Origin: Octopus vulgaris
Taxonomy: Eukaryota
Assembly (NCBI GenBank): GCA_951406725.2
Contig: OX597818.1
Span: 52,142,001-52,206,000, forward strand
Direction: 5' to 3'
Length of the DNA stretch: 64,000 nt
A program made the position numbers and the translations under genes. Positions 26,130 to 39,378 of the stretch are shown piece by piece. Positions within the stretch are counted from its first letter, which is position 1. Each line of letters begins with the position of its first letter. Under the pieces are notes generated by a model. It had not been told where the DNA came from. It saw nothing but the letters and a program-made list of their open reading frames with translations, and did no database searches.

Positions 26130-26899
26130 CTCGTTGTTGTTGAATTATTTGTTGGAAAGCGTTGGAGTGAATGTCGAAGTCAACTATGTGTGTGTGTGTG
26201 TGTGTGTGTGGTGCACGGAGGTGCGTGGTGAAATGTATTAAAGAAATAAAAGGGAGGAAAAAATGACGTACGGGGGAAGAGATAATTGCGTGTGGTATGG
26301 GTAAAGTGAAGGTGAGGGCGGTCGCAGCTTTGGAAAAAGAAAAAAAAAATTTAAAAAAAGAGGAATAAATAAAGATATGAAGAAAGAACGAAAAACCATT
26401 GTGGGTGTTGGGGGTTTATGGGTGGGGGTGGGGTGGGGGAGGTAGGGTGGGTGAGGTTGCGGAGATGAGAAGAAAAGAATGATGAAAAAAAGAGATAGAA
26501 AAAATAAAAGCGAATGAAGGAGAGTATAAATCAGAAAAGAAGAGGGGAATAACGGCGTGCATGGAGATGAGTGTGTGTGGCGGCGGGGATAGCTGTAAAG
26601 AAGTGGAGGCAGGGGTGGGGGTGGGGGGATGAAGTGAGAGAAGGAAAGGAAAGGGCATTAAAGCGGGGGTGGGTGGGATGTGAGTAAGAAGGTGCAGAAA
26701 AAAGGGGACAAGGGGATGATAGAAAAGAGGAGGAGGAAGGGGGGAGAAGAAGAGGGGAGGAGAATAAATTGAAAAGAGAAGGATTTTTACCGCCATTATA
26801 CAAACACGCTCCAGCGAATCATAATTGGCTTTGTTGAATGAATGAAGAATTATTTGGGCTTAGAAAAAGGCGCAGTCCACATCCCAACAACCAATATAG

Positions 26900-27900
26900 C
26901 TCCTCACCACCTTCCTCTTCTTCCTCCTCCTCCTTCTCCTCCCTAACCCCTACACCTTACTCCCCTCACCCGCCCACCCACACTCTGTCACCGTCACCGA
27001 CGATTGCCAACCGACGTCATAATCGTTACCCTAATTATCATCACCATCATCACAATCATAATCACAACCGTCGTCATCATCGCCACCATCATCATCATCA
27101 TCAGCAGCAGCAGCAGCAGCAACACCATGGCTACCCGTCATAGCCAGCGTCGTCACCGTCATCCTCGCCATCGTCTCAGTCAGCACCGCCACCATCACCA
27201 TCACCTTTCTCTACAATTCCTCACCACAACCGCCGCCGCCACCACCACCACTAACAACAACTTCACTGCCACGAACCACCATCTTCAGCGTTCATTACAA
27301 CTCACCACAACCACCACCACCACTACCACCACCACAACCTTCACCACCACCACAACCAACACCACCACCACCACCACCACAACCACCACCACCACCACTA
27401 CCACCATCACAACCCCCACAACCACCACCACCACCACTATCACCACAACCACCACCACTACCACCATAACCACTACCACCACCACCACCACCACCACCAC
27501 TATCACCACTACCACCACCACTATCACCACAACCACCACCACTACCACCACCACCACTATCACCACAGCCACCACCACCACCGCCACCAAGACCATCACG
27601 TCACATCCAACGCTGACATTGCTAGCACCATCGCATTGTCATTGCAACCGCCATTAGATCGATCACCATCGCAACCGTCATCACCACCACCACCACCTCC
27701 ATCACGGTTCCTCCTTAACCACCATTGACGCAGCTACTACCATCGCAGCCAGTCATCACAAGCATTGCAACAACCATCACAACCGCCAGCGTCCCAATCA
27801 CTGCTAATCCCAGCCACTACTATCCTAGCAACCACTACAACCATCACCACCACCACCACCATGACAACGACAGCAACCACTACCACCGCCACAGCAACTG
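26900..27900. repeat. C-rich low-complexity (ACC/CAT/CAG)n field
   Basis: Directly visible; source of the poly-T/V/H ORFs. Confidence 0.9.
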
Positions 27901-27918
27901 CTTTTATCGCTATTACTA

Positions 27919-28484
27919 TTGGGTTGTCCGGAAAGTTCTTGCCGATTTTTAAAGGAAAGCAAAGTGTCAATAAATACTTGCCGTACATTTTTAACCAACC
28001 AAATATGACCCATTTTATTGCACAATGCATCTCCATCTTTCCTTTAACTTGAAAATACCCTCTTCCCAGAATTCAGGTGGTTTCATGGCAAAGAATTCAT
28101 TAAGGTTTCTTTTTACGTCATCCAAGGAATTGAAATGTTTACCATTAAGACTATTCTGCAGAGACCTGAATAAGTGGAAATCCGAAGGAGCAATATCTGG
28201 TGAATATGGAGGGTGGGGTAACACATCCCAGCCGAGCTGCAGCAATTTTTGTCTGATTCCCAAAGCATCAAGTGCTGAAAATGGACTTTGTTATCTATTT
28301 TAAAGGGTTACAAAATTAACACAGGTTATAGGAACATAAACCTTCTTCCACGAGAAGATAGCTTAAACTGTGCTCTAAATGAAGGTGTAGTCAAATCCTA
28401 TTTTATGGACTAAAATAACCATGTTCTAAAATAAGTCGAAATGTAAGCTGCTATAAATGGGCACGAACTTTCCGGACAACCCAA
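27919..28484 (-). mobile_element. Second copy of the internally deleted mariner element
   Basis: Same TIRs and TA flanks; ORF 28015-28263 GWDVLPHPPYSPDIAPSDFHLFRSLQNSL...GIFKLKERW. Confidence 0.94.
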
Positions 28485-29350
28485 TATTAGCTTCGTTAAT
28501 CCGCACCACATTCGTCACCACTTCACTACCCGCACCAATACCATCAAAACCAGCCCTTACACTTATCTCAGTTAATTAGCATCATCAACCACGAGAACGA
28601 TGAAGCCTTTAGTGGTCCTTCGACATGCTAGAAATAACAACTAAATCTATTTCGAAGCATATACAAATAACTTAAAATAAAGGCAAGAATACGTTAATAG
28701 CCCTTTCTAGTATAGGCACAAAGCCTGAAATTTTGAGGGATCGGGGTCAGTTAAATACATCGATCCCAGGGCTCAACTGTTACTTATTTTATCAATTCCG
28801 ATAGGACGAATAGCAAAGTCTCACCTCGGCAGCATAAACGTAAAGACGAACAAAATGTCGTTATGTGTTTCGTCCGGTCCGGTGTGCTAACGATTCTGCT
28901 TGCTCGCGCTCTTAAGGACGCAATAATACAGTTCTAGATAATTCTATAGGGTAAAAAAATGTATATATATAAAAAAGAAAGAAAAACAAAGACGGATTTG
29001 TGAGTGCTGGGATGCCATTGAATATAAGAACTTCTTGATAAGACCTGACCTAATGTGAAACAACAACAAAAACACTACCATTAAATGAATGAGTCAATGA
29101 GGGAACCTCAACGAGGCTCGGTCCAGTCCACCTGTTAGAAATAGCAGCCAAATTCCCTTTATCCCACATCTTACCGTCTTAAAAAATGGACATACTGGGT
29201 AATGTTGTTCTAGATACACTATCTGGAGTAACGCACCTACTCACGCACGTGTGCAAGCAGAGTGGATGGTCACTTTTGGAATGCCTTTAATCATAAGTTT
29301 GACCTGGGGCTAAACAGAATAATAACAACTATCGCAGTCAGTAACACTAC

Positions 29351-29567
29351 CATCACCGTAACAACCATCACCATAACAACCATTGCCATGACAGCCATCA
29401 CCATAGCAACCATTGCCGTCACAGCCATCATGATAGCAACCATCCCTATTATCATACCAACCATCACCATAACTAACACCACTATTGCAGCCGTCTCCAT
29501 AGCAACCATCACCATAACAACTATAGCCAATTGCAGCCGTCTCCATAACAACCATTACTATAACAAT
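29351..29567. promoter_or_regulatory. 15-bp minisatellite whose units match RFX X-box motifs
   Basis: GTCTCCATAGCAAC (29493-29506), GTCTCCATAACAAC (29539-29552), ATCACCATAGCAAC (29397), ATCACCATAACAAC (29367, 29508) and weaker variants; function untested. Confidence 0.55.
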
Positions 29568-30130
29568 TGTATCTTGTAGAGTAGTCGTTTTCAACTAGGG
29601 TTCATATGACCTTTGGGGGTCCGTATAAGATTTTGTTGTTAAAGTCTATGAGTAATAAATTAGTTATACTTCTGCAATTTTCTTCACGTCGAGTAGCTCA
29701 TCCTACTCAAGAGGTCCCTGAATAAGGGTTGTTTTAAGGATGATGAACAAAACACCCATGTTTCCAAAGGTGAATTATTCAAACCCCAAAGAATTCCTCT
29801 CAACTCATGATTATGATGCTCCTCCACTACTTCTGCTCGTGATCAGAGATGCACATATCGTCGGCCACCAAGGGACATACATGCTTAACTGATTAAGGTC
29901 AAACAACTGACAAGCAAATCTGTGGTATTGAGCAGAATATTTGCTGTAGCCCGTCTTTTATACAAAGACAAAACAATGTACATAATAACACTTCTAATCA
30001 GTTAAGATCAAAAGCCAAGACAGCCACTGCCTGGTACTCAGAAAGACGGATAAAACAGGCTTTAATAACAAGTCACAACATCTGTTTCTTTGCCGTGGCC
30101 TAGCATTAAGCTGCTGACTTTTCATTCACA

Positions 30131-30545
30131 TAGGCGCAGGAGTGGCTGTGTGGTAAGTAGCTTGCTAACCAACCACATGGTTCTGGGTTCAGTCCCACTG
30201 CGTGGCATTTTGGGCAAGTGTCTTCTACTATAGCCCCGGGCCGACCAATGCCTTGTGAGTGCATTTGGTAGACGGAAACTGAAAGAAGCCTGTCGTATAT
30301 ATGTATATATATATGTATGTGTATGTATATGTTTGTGTGTCTGTGTTTGTCCCCCTAGCATTGCTTGACAACCGATGCTGGTGTGTTTATGTCCCCGTTA
30401 CTTAGCGGTTCGGCAAAAAGAGACCGATAGAATAAGTACTGGGCTTACAAAAAGAATAAGTCCCGGGGTTGATTTGCTCGACTAAAGGCGGTGCTCCGGC
30501 ATGGCCGCAGTCAAATGACTGAAACAAGTAAAAGAGTAAAGAGAG
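30131..30545 (+). mobile_element. Full-length SINE family B (tRNA head, CORE-like block, internal microsatellite, LINE-derived tail)
   Basis: A-box TGGCTGTGTGG, B-box GGGTTCAGTCCC, tail GGTGCTCCxGCATGGCCGCAGTCAAATGACTGAAAC; similar copies at 55283-55685, 57337-57706, 60144-60520, 63221-63708 (+) and 30730-30985, 36265-36640, 44570-45618, 54205-54910 (-). Confidence 0.9.
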
Positions 30546-31242
30546 TATACAGTACATTACATAAAAGTATTTCATAAATAATTACGTAAATAAATAAATA
30601 AATATGTTTCAGCTACAGTCGTGTGCCAGTAATTCATCAGCTCAGAAACAAATGGAATTTATTTAGACCTGTTTTTTTTTCCACCTTCTCCTTGTGTAAA
30701 TTTTATACGAATTTACTATTTTACTATTTACTATTTTATTTGTTTCAGTCATTTGACTGCGGCCATGCTGGAGCACCGCCTTTAGTCGAGCAACTCGACC
30801 CCGGGACTTATTCTTTTTTTGTAAGCCCAGTACTTATTCTATCGGTCTCTTTTTGCCGAACCGCTAAGTGACGGAGACGTAAACACACCAGTATCGGTTG
30901 TCAAGCAATGCTAGGGGGACAAATACAGACACACAAACAAACACACATACATATATATATATATATAAATATATACGACAGGCTTTATGCACTAACAGAT
31001 TTTCATATGCTTATCCAGCTCATATGATGGTATATGGCAGCCGATAACACTATAGGAGCATTTAAATGCACGTTCGGAGGTTATTATCCAAGTAATATTG
31101 AATGAATTATAAATATATAGCCTGTAGGAGTTGGGCGCCCGATCGTGGGGCCTGCGAAACTTGAAGCAACACGGAGCCGAATCAAACAGTTTCAGATAAC
31201 ACACACACACACGTATTGTAGCAAATATAGTATATTGGCCCA

Positions 31243-31284
<42 letters not shown>

Positions 31285-31665
31285 TGGCACTACGTCGGTT
31301 ACGACGACGAGGGTTCCAGTTGATCCAATCAACAGAACAGCCTGCTCGTGAAATTAACGTGCAAGTGGCTGAGCACTCCACAGACACGCGTACCCTTAAT
31401 GTAATTCTCGGGGAGATTCAGCATGACACAGGGTGTGACAAGGCTGGTTCCTTTGAAAAATACAGGTACAGCAGGAACAGGAAGAAAGATTGGTAGAAAA
31501 TTGTGGTGAAAGAGTACTTGCAGGGTTCGCCACGAGCTCCTGCCGGAACCTCGTGGAGGTTTAGGTACTTTTGCTCAATAAATACTCACAACGCCCGGTC
31601 CTCGAATCGAAATCGTGATCTTATGACCGCGAGTCCGCTGCCCTAACCACTAGGCCATTGCGCCT

Positions 31666-31741
<76 letters not shown>

Positions 31742-32077
31742 AAACAGAAAGAAAATGTTGAATCCCAGACGTCATCGAAGCAAGCTACGATGATATTGAA
31801 GATTTAGGTCGGTCTATCCGTGATTATCCTGTTCCATTCAACTTAACAATGGAACAGGAAAAAAAAATTTACTAATATAAAAGATTTTGAAAAAAATCAA
31901 AACGTGAAAATGAATATTAACAAAAAAAAATAAACTAGAAGCTAAAATATATATATGATATTAGAGTTTTCTTTTTAATTCAATCCTTGAATTGAACAAA
32001 TATATTGGGCTAGTCGGCTATAACATAATAGGTTTAATGAATGGAGTTTAGACTCAATGTTCAATTTATACTTTATG

Positions 32078-32112
<35 letters not shown>

Positions 32113-32349
32113 TAATAATGATAATAAGTGTAATTCTGATTTGCCGAAAGTAACAAAATTATTGATTAGTTTGAACAGTGAAAAACAAGACAGTTTCTTT
32201 ATTATTAACTAAACAAAAACATTTTTTTTTTTTTCAGAAAATAGCGTGAAGATATTGATTCTTTTTACATAATTTTATATTCCTATTGAACTTCTCATGA
32301 GGTACTTTCTAGTTTATGTTGAAAAGTTTCAGTTTTATTCTCTCTCTCT

Positions 32350-32402
<53 letters not shown>

Positions 32403-32824
32403 ACGACTTATCGATCTTGACTGGGTAGTCTGTCCGTTCACTCATAATAGTAGCAGCCGACAGAACAAATACGCAGAAGAGACATTTAGACAACGAGGTG
32501 ATGGAGGTTGAAAATTTGGTTCTTAAGAAAACATCAATCTTCTTTTAGATGAAATGCTTTCTCTTTCCCTCTCTTTCTCTGTCTCTCTGTCTCTGTCTCT
32601 CTCTGTCTCTCTTTCGTTTATTGTATTCATTCTGTTGAGTGTTTTCGTGGCAAATAAAGTCACAATTACTCGAAGATGTTTGAACAGTATTTGGTTTGAT
32701 AGTATATTTTCCCCCTAACTCTATTACTTTTGAAACTGTAAATACGAATGGGAAATAATAAAATGAAAAATCAATGAATATCTTCTAAGTGAAATATCTT
32801 TCCTCTTATTCTATCTACTTTTAG

Positions 32825-33028
32825 TTGCAAGGCGTTTTTGTCAGTTATTGCGGCGGCAGACATCTTTAAACCACTTGTGTCAAGCTGCTCGAACGGTCAC
32901 ACAAAACAGAGAGATTACAAGTCAAATGTCTGAAGATTGGCTAAACATTGACCTCAATTCTATAGTAAAACAAACCCTCTACACTATGGACCACTACAGC
33001 GAGAAAGATCACAAGACGATTGCGAATT
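32825..33028 (+). CDS. RFX4: RFX4-like exon, extended dimerization region ([25 protein letters not shown]...[20 protein letters not shown])
   Basis: ttttag acceptor, T|gtaagt donor; [12 protein letters not shown] and KQTLYTM motifs. Confidence 0.96.
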
Positions 33029-33316
33029 GTAAGTACCTACGGCATCCTTTTACCCTACACCCACTTTTCTAAATAAATCGATAAATAATTGTGTGTGAAC
33101 GCGTACTTTCTTATCATCGACAGCCAACTTTTTATTTATAAAAGTAAAGGAAATATTACACTCGCGAGAAGAGCGTAATTGTTGCTCGGTGGACTTTCGG
33201 AAGAGCTATCGAGAACAGACACGCGTACCCTTAATGTAATTCTCGGGGAGATTCAGCATGACACATCGAGAACAGCAGGGCTGGATTAAGACCCATAGTT
33301 GCCTTATGCACTTTTC

Positions 33317-34480
33317 CTACGCAACCGCTGAGCCTGGATGTGCATTCATCCATCCATCCGTCGATGCTCTCGGTGTCGGGGATTGACCTGCTTTCTCTTC
33401 TGCGGGTCTTACGAATAGCAAAGGACCATGTTTCGGACTTCTCCCACTACTGGGACGAAAACCGCTTCGCTCAACGGCAACAGCAGCTACAGCATGTTGA
33501 GCTCGCCTTCCAGAAGGCGCTGACAACAGATTAAACTACCTGCCCAGTGGAAACACGTCTCTTTCATATGAATTTAAAAAGCAGGCGCTCTGACCTGGTC
33601 AGACGGGGAGTAGAACGAGGCACCGAAGTCAAGAGATAAATGTAAAGCAAGCAATGTAGGCATTCGCCAATTCAGCTCGAACACTGAGAAATAGCTTCCT
33701 CACAGCTTATTTTTGAGTGAGGCTGGCCACACTATATATATTTCTTTACTGCCCAGAAGGGGCTAAACATAGAGGGGACAAACAAGGACAGGCGAAGGGA
33801 TTAAGTCGATTATATCGACCCCAGTGCGTAACTGGTACTTTATTTATCGACCCCGAAAGGATGAAAGGCAAAGTTGACCTCGGCGGAATTTGAACTCAGA
33901 ACGTAACGACAGACGAAATACTGCTAAGCATTTCGCCCGGCGCGCTAACGTCTCTGCCAGCTCGTCGCCTTAACCACACTATATAATCTGATCTTGGTTT
34001 GTGTCCACAACAAGGCCTGATCAGAATCAAATATCGAGTATTTTAATCAGTCCACCTGTCCAGCGACGTGACGTTGTTCGATAGTGTACACTTGGACCGC
34101 TGCAAACTTACTAACTTGTTCGTATTTATTTCTGTCCCTGGCATCGCTTCGTATTCCTTTAGAATGATGCCGACTACTTTCATTTCTTTGGTGACCAACA
34201 TCAAAACGGTGACGTGGTCAGCATACTCTGACTTAACTCTCCAGCATCCCAGGTCAGAAGGGATATCCTTCAACCGTTCTAGCTTCCGCAACAATAGCTC
34301 GGGAGCCAGTTCGTAAAGGAGACACGAAAGAGGACAATTTTGACGGGCCAAGCGAGCGATGTGAAACTGTTGTGAGAGGTGGCCGTGCGACTGTTGTGCA
34401 TTGCCTCAATCCAGCCTCCGAAGACGGGTCCATAATCGAACATCTTTAGGACTACTGACGCAATAAAAACTATGCAACAA
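33317..34480 (-). pseudogene. Decayed L1/Tx1-like LINE fragment (RT core plus downstream part), interrupted by a SINE A at 33740-33971
   Basis: RQNCPLS and YADH are decayed forms of the RT motifs RQGCPLS and YADD; the SINE has TSD CCACACTATATA (33727, 33974). Confidence 0.75.
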
Positions 34481-35365
34481 CAACAACGCTGAAGCAATTA
34501 GGCAATTAATTACATAATTAATTACTGCTCACAGCAGAGAACTATGCTTTTCCTCAGTCACTCTTTACTAATAGATTAGACTATTGATATATTGAAATAT
34601 TTGCTACGACCACAGCGATTATGATGGAGGATTGGCCCAGCACTCTCTGTTTCGACCAAATGATACATTCGGAAAAAAATATATGATATAGCACAATAGT
34701 ATAATATAATAAGGCATGGATTTGTAATATAAAATAATATTCTACTGGAAGCACAAGGCCTCAAATTTGGGGGAGGGTGTTAAGTCGATTACAGTGCGTA
34801 ACTGGTGCTTATTTAATCGATGTCGAAAGGATGAAAGGCAAAGTCGACCTCGGCAGAATTTGAACTCAGAACGTAGCGGCAGATGAAATACTGTTAAGCA
34901 TTTCGCCCGGCGTGCTAAATATAAAATAATATACAAGGATTTCGTTTGTTTTATCGGCCGTGGAAGAAAGAAAACAAATTTGATCTCTGCTTTTATAACA
35001 TATTCTATAGTATAAAATATGTATTTAATATTCTAATATAATACAACACAATGTAATAAAATAAAATATAATATAAAAAAGACAAAAAAGAAATTGCAAA
35101 TTCTATCAAGCAACAGACTCCCAATTGCATCAGCTTATATTTCGGAATTCTCTCTCTTTTTCTCTTTCCAAAAATTGTCATTAATGCTAACGGATTTTTT
35201 TTTTCCAATTATTGTGAGTGTAATTTCATACGCAAAGCGAGTTAATCTGCAGATATCAACAAACAAGCATGATTTTTGTTTTTAATGAAGAAATAATCTA
35301 GTCTTTGAAGCAAGCAACTATAATTAATATTACTGGTCTTTTTCTGTCAACTGGTATCCTTTCAG

Positions 35366-35460
35366 TGTGCCGAGAATTTGAGCGTCTGCTCGAAGACCAA
35401 GCTCCCGTTGAATGCTACCTAGAATGGTTAGACACTATGGTGGACAGGTGTGTTGTCAAG
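35366..35460 (+). CDS. RFX4: RFX4-like exon ([32 protein letters not shown])
   Basis: tttcag acceptor, AAG|gtaaga donor; [13 protein letters not shown] as in RFX4. Confidence 0.96.
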
Positions 35461-36867
35461 GTAAGATTAACCACAACTTTGCCTTGCATTATTTTACACA
35501 CACACACACACATATTTGGTTACATTTTTCAATATTCTTTTCTACTCTAGGCACAAGTCCTGAAGTTTTTAGGGAGAGGATCAGTCGATTATATCGACCC
35601 CAGTACGCAACTGGTATTTAATTTATTGACCCAGGATGGATGAGAGGCAAAGTCGACCTCGGCGGAATTTGAACTCACAACGTTTCCCCCACCCCCCAGC
35701 ATGCTAACGTTTCTGCCGCCTTACCACACTTTTAATATTGAGTCTGTTCCACAGTCTGTTATTCTTGAAATAGCTTCAACCCTTTTGCATTTAATCCGGT
35801 CTAAATATTCTACCTGTTTTATGTTCAAACTGGCCAGATCCTGCCTCTCACACCTACTCCAAAACACCATTCTAAAAATATACAGTCACATCATCGAAAT
35901 CTCAAAGCAATGAGATGATGCACAATTAATTAATTATATCGACCCCAGTGCGTAACTGGTACTTATTTAATCGACCCCAAAAGGACGAAAGGCAAAGTCG
36001 GCCTCGGCGGAATTTGAACTCAGAACGTAAAGACAGACGAAACATTGCTAAGTATTTCGCCCGGCGTGCCAACGTTTTTGCCAGCTCGCCGCCTTAGAAA
36101 TGAAATATTAAAACCAGTTATAATAATCATTTTTTAATCACATTTTCAAAGCAATCATTGTTAGGATTCGAATGTGAAGGGCATTGTGTCATTAGTGCAT
36201 AGAAACCATATATGTTATGGCACCACGATCCTTACTAAGACCTCTGTTTCTTTAGTTATTTTTATGTTTAACTTGTTTCAGTCAGTGAACTGCGGCCATG
36301 CTAGAGCACAGCCTTGAAGGACTTAATCGAACAAATACTTATTTTTTAAGGCTAGTACTTACTCTATCAGCTTTTTTTATTAACCGCTATGGTACAGGGG
36401 CATAAACAAACCAGCACCGGTTGTCGAATGATGGTGGAGGGACAAACACAAAGACACACATACAAATATTGAAACTATGTGCTTCCACACAGTTTCCATC
36501 TACGAAATTGACTTATTAGGCAATGGTCGGCCCGGGGCTGTAGTAGAAGACATTTACCCAAAGTGCTGCGCAGTGGAACTGAACTCGAAACCACGTGGTC
36601 GCAAAGCGAAGTTCTTAACCACACGACCGTGTCGGCGCGTTATTTTTTTAAACCTTTTATTTTACTTATTTATTTGATCTTCTTTTTTTCTTTCTGCAAA
36701 ACATGGAGAGAGGGTCTTTGTAAGCTGCCATTGCATGATTCGATGTAAGAGGCGTTCAGTTAGAAAGAGTTCAGAACCATTGATCTATGAGAACAATTTC
36801 TTTCAGGAAACGCCTTTCTTGATATAATATTCAAAAAGCTTTCATCTGTGTTTGCGTTGTATTTCAG

Positions 36868-36985
36868 CCAAGTAAGAAGCAATCAGGAAGTCTTAGAACT
36901 GTGGCCAGACAATTCCTCTTAATGTGGTCATGTTTTGGAACACGAGTCATTCGGGACATGACTTTACAAAGTTCGCCGAGTTTTG
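36868..36985 (+). CDS. RFX4: RFX4-like exon, dimerization domain ([40 protein letters not shown])
   Basis: atttcag acceptor, G|gtaaga donor; [18 protein letters not shown] motif. Confidence 0.96.
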
Positions 36986-37053
36986 GTAAGAGATGTATTG
37001 ACGTATTTATAAGAAAAATACACGAGCACGTATACGCACGCAAACACACACAC

Positions 37054-37119
<66 letters not shown>

Positions 37120-37817
37120 GCACACACAAGCACACACACACAAGCACACACACACAAGCACACACACACAAGCACACACACACACACCAATAAGTATACG
37201 TATACATGTGTTTGTATGTGAATATATATATATAAACATACATACATGTGTGTGAGTATGCATGCATGTATATATGTGTGTAGGTATGTGTGTATTCATA
37301 TATACATAGAGGCATGTATATAGATATGTACGTAAGCATGTCTATGTATGTAAGCATGTATAAATGTATAAATGTATGTATGTATGTATGTATGTATGTA
37401 TGTATGTATGTATGTATGTATGTATGTATACACGTACCCACAAGAATCACGACTACATTGCTGTTTTAACAAGAACACAATAATGTTATGCGCGTATGTG
37501 TGATTACTTTCCTTTATATATTAAGAAGTTTTCATTAATTTTCTGTGAAGAAACAATCGACAGTTCTTAAATAATACACTCACACACACACATACACAGA
37601 TCCATCCGTCCATCCATCCATCCATACATACATATAATAGATATATATATATAAATATAATTGAGAGAAAAACCTCTATTAAGCAATTCAATAGTGAAAG
37701 ACGTTATTCACACAATATAGAAAAAATAAATATACTATAAAAAACCTTATTCTAAAAATCAATAAAGTACATGAACAATAAATAGTAAATAGTAGTAAAT
37801 TGACTATTATATTATAT

Positions 37818-37867
<50 letters not shown>

Positions 37868-38246
37868 AGAGAATTCACGAAAAAAAAACGAAGACAGGTG
37901 GTGTAGAAAACAGATGTATTAGTATAACGCTCAGGAATTGAAAAAGTCTTAACGTTTCGAACCTACGCTCTTCCACAGAAAGGAACACAAAAAGAAACAA
38001 GGAGAGAAAAAAATGTGTGTAGTGGCTAACGATGTATCATGGCGAATGCTATATATATATATATATGCACATTGTGGATTTATTTTTAACTCTTAAATGC
38101 AGGGAATTATATTTGTCAGAGAGAGTTTTATAAAACTAACAGGTCTACACAAAAGGATTGCCTGAAATATTGTTTTACTGCTTGACAATATTATCTTTAA
38201 CTATAGCTTTATTTACACAGGCGAAACTTCATTCTCTCTTTTACAG

Positions 38247-38369
38247 GTTCATTTCACCTGCTGCATCTTATGTTTGATGACTATGTTCTCTACCTGGTGG
38301 AAAATCTCCATTGTCAGGAAAGAGCCAGTGAATTTTTACGTAATATCCGCCAAGGAGACACATCAATAG
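38247..38369 (+). CDS. RFX4: RFX4-like exon ([41 protein letters not shown])
   Basis: ttacag acceptor, G|gtgagt donor; [17 protein letters not shown] and LHCQERA motifs. Confidence 0.96.
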   Translation, partial: VHFTCCILCLMTMFSTWWKISIVRKEPVNFYVISAKETHQ

Positions 38370-38734
38370 GTGAGTAAATAAACAGCATTTAAAATATAAA
38401 AAAGCTGAGGATCGAAGCAAAAAGAAAAAATAAATGAGCAAAATTATGAAAATCAAAGCAAACTCTAGTGTCAAGAAAACTAATATAGTAATTTTGCAAT
38501 AGATCAAAGCCTCCACATCACATTCCTCTTAGAAGAAAACATCTTATCACAAGAATCCACAAGGAAAACCTTTTCAAATTATTATTCAAATTAACGTCCA
38601 AATTATTGTTCAAATTAAAATCTGTGACAACTTCCCCTCTGTTTTCAGAGTTGGCTCTTTCTTTATTTTGCTGTAGCTGCCATCACTCATGAAACTTGCC
38701 AATTTTTCAGAGTATTCAGCCTTGTTCATCACCA

Positions 38735-38770
<36 letters not shown>

Positions 38771-38775
<5 letters not shown>

Positions 38776-38841
38776 ACTTAGATATGTTTCGACCAAAGAT
38801 TGGTCCAGGCCATGTCTAACTTAATAGCACCACCTGATATG

Positions 38842-38905
<64 letters not shown>

Positions 38906-38967
38906 TTAGATATGTTTCTACCAAAGATTGATCCAGGCCATGTCTAACTTAATAGCACCGCCTGATA
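38771..38967. repeat. Local duplication of a ~69-bp unit separated by microsatellite
   Basis: AAACTTAGATATGTTTCxACCAAAGATTGxTCCAGGCCATGTCTAACTTAATAGCACCxCCTGATA occurs twice. Confidence 0.85.
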
Positions 38968-39216
38968 GGATTATCTAAATCCTTTTTAAATCAAGTTTTG
39001 TTTATGGTCCATTCAAATAGTGAGTTGTATCCAGGTATGGGTGGCTTATCTGATATTCTTTGAAGAAATCTGTCCAGACTCCGTTTAAAGGTGATGGGAT
39101 CCTTTTCTTCTTTAATCAGTTTTGGGACATTGATAACACAAAAAAGAGAAAGTAAACGAGAGGCAGCAATCCCGTTAGAACCATGTAATGAAGTAATTTT
39201 CGTTATTTTCTTTCAG

Positions 39217-39378
39217 TTGATTTCGGGGAAGAACTCATGCCGAGTTCCTTAAATTTCAACGACGGCTTATCATCACAGTCTGGAAACATGACGCCCCCTG
39301 TCGGCAACAGTGTACAGCGTCCTATGGAAAGATGCTCGGTTATTACAAACGGCAGGGATGTGATGAGTCAAGTAGGAG
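39217..39378 (+). CDS. RFX4: RFX4-like C-terminal exon (VDFGEELMPSSLNFNDGLSSQSGNMTPPVGNSVQRPMERCSVITNGRDVMSQVG)
   Basis: tttcag acceptor, G|gttagt donor; open in the expected phase; unique higher-GC sequence; no homology I can recognise. Confidence 0.78.

Noticed and set aside
27004-27657. Mucin-like Thr-rich or His-rich exon
   Set aside because: (ACC)n low-complexity DNA; the flanking RFX4 exons join in phase without it, inside a conserved domain.
27660-27875. Additional X-box-like words (e.g. TATCCTAGCAAC, ACCACCATGACAAC)
   Set aside because: Isolated partial matches inside ACC-rich low-complexity DNA, expected by chance; they also caution that the 29.4-kb array needs a proper background test.
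28015-28263. SETMAR-like host gene
   Set aside because: Lies within TIRs of an internally deleted mariner present twice; no SET domain.
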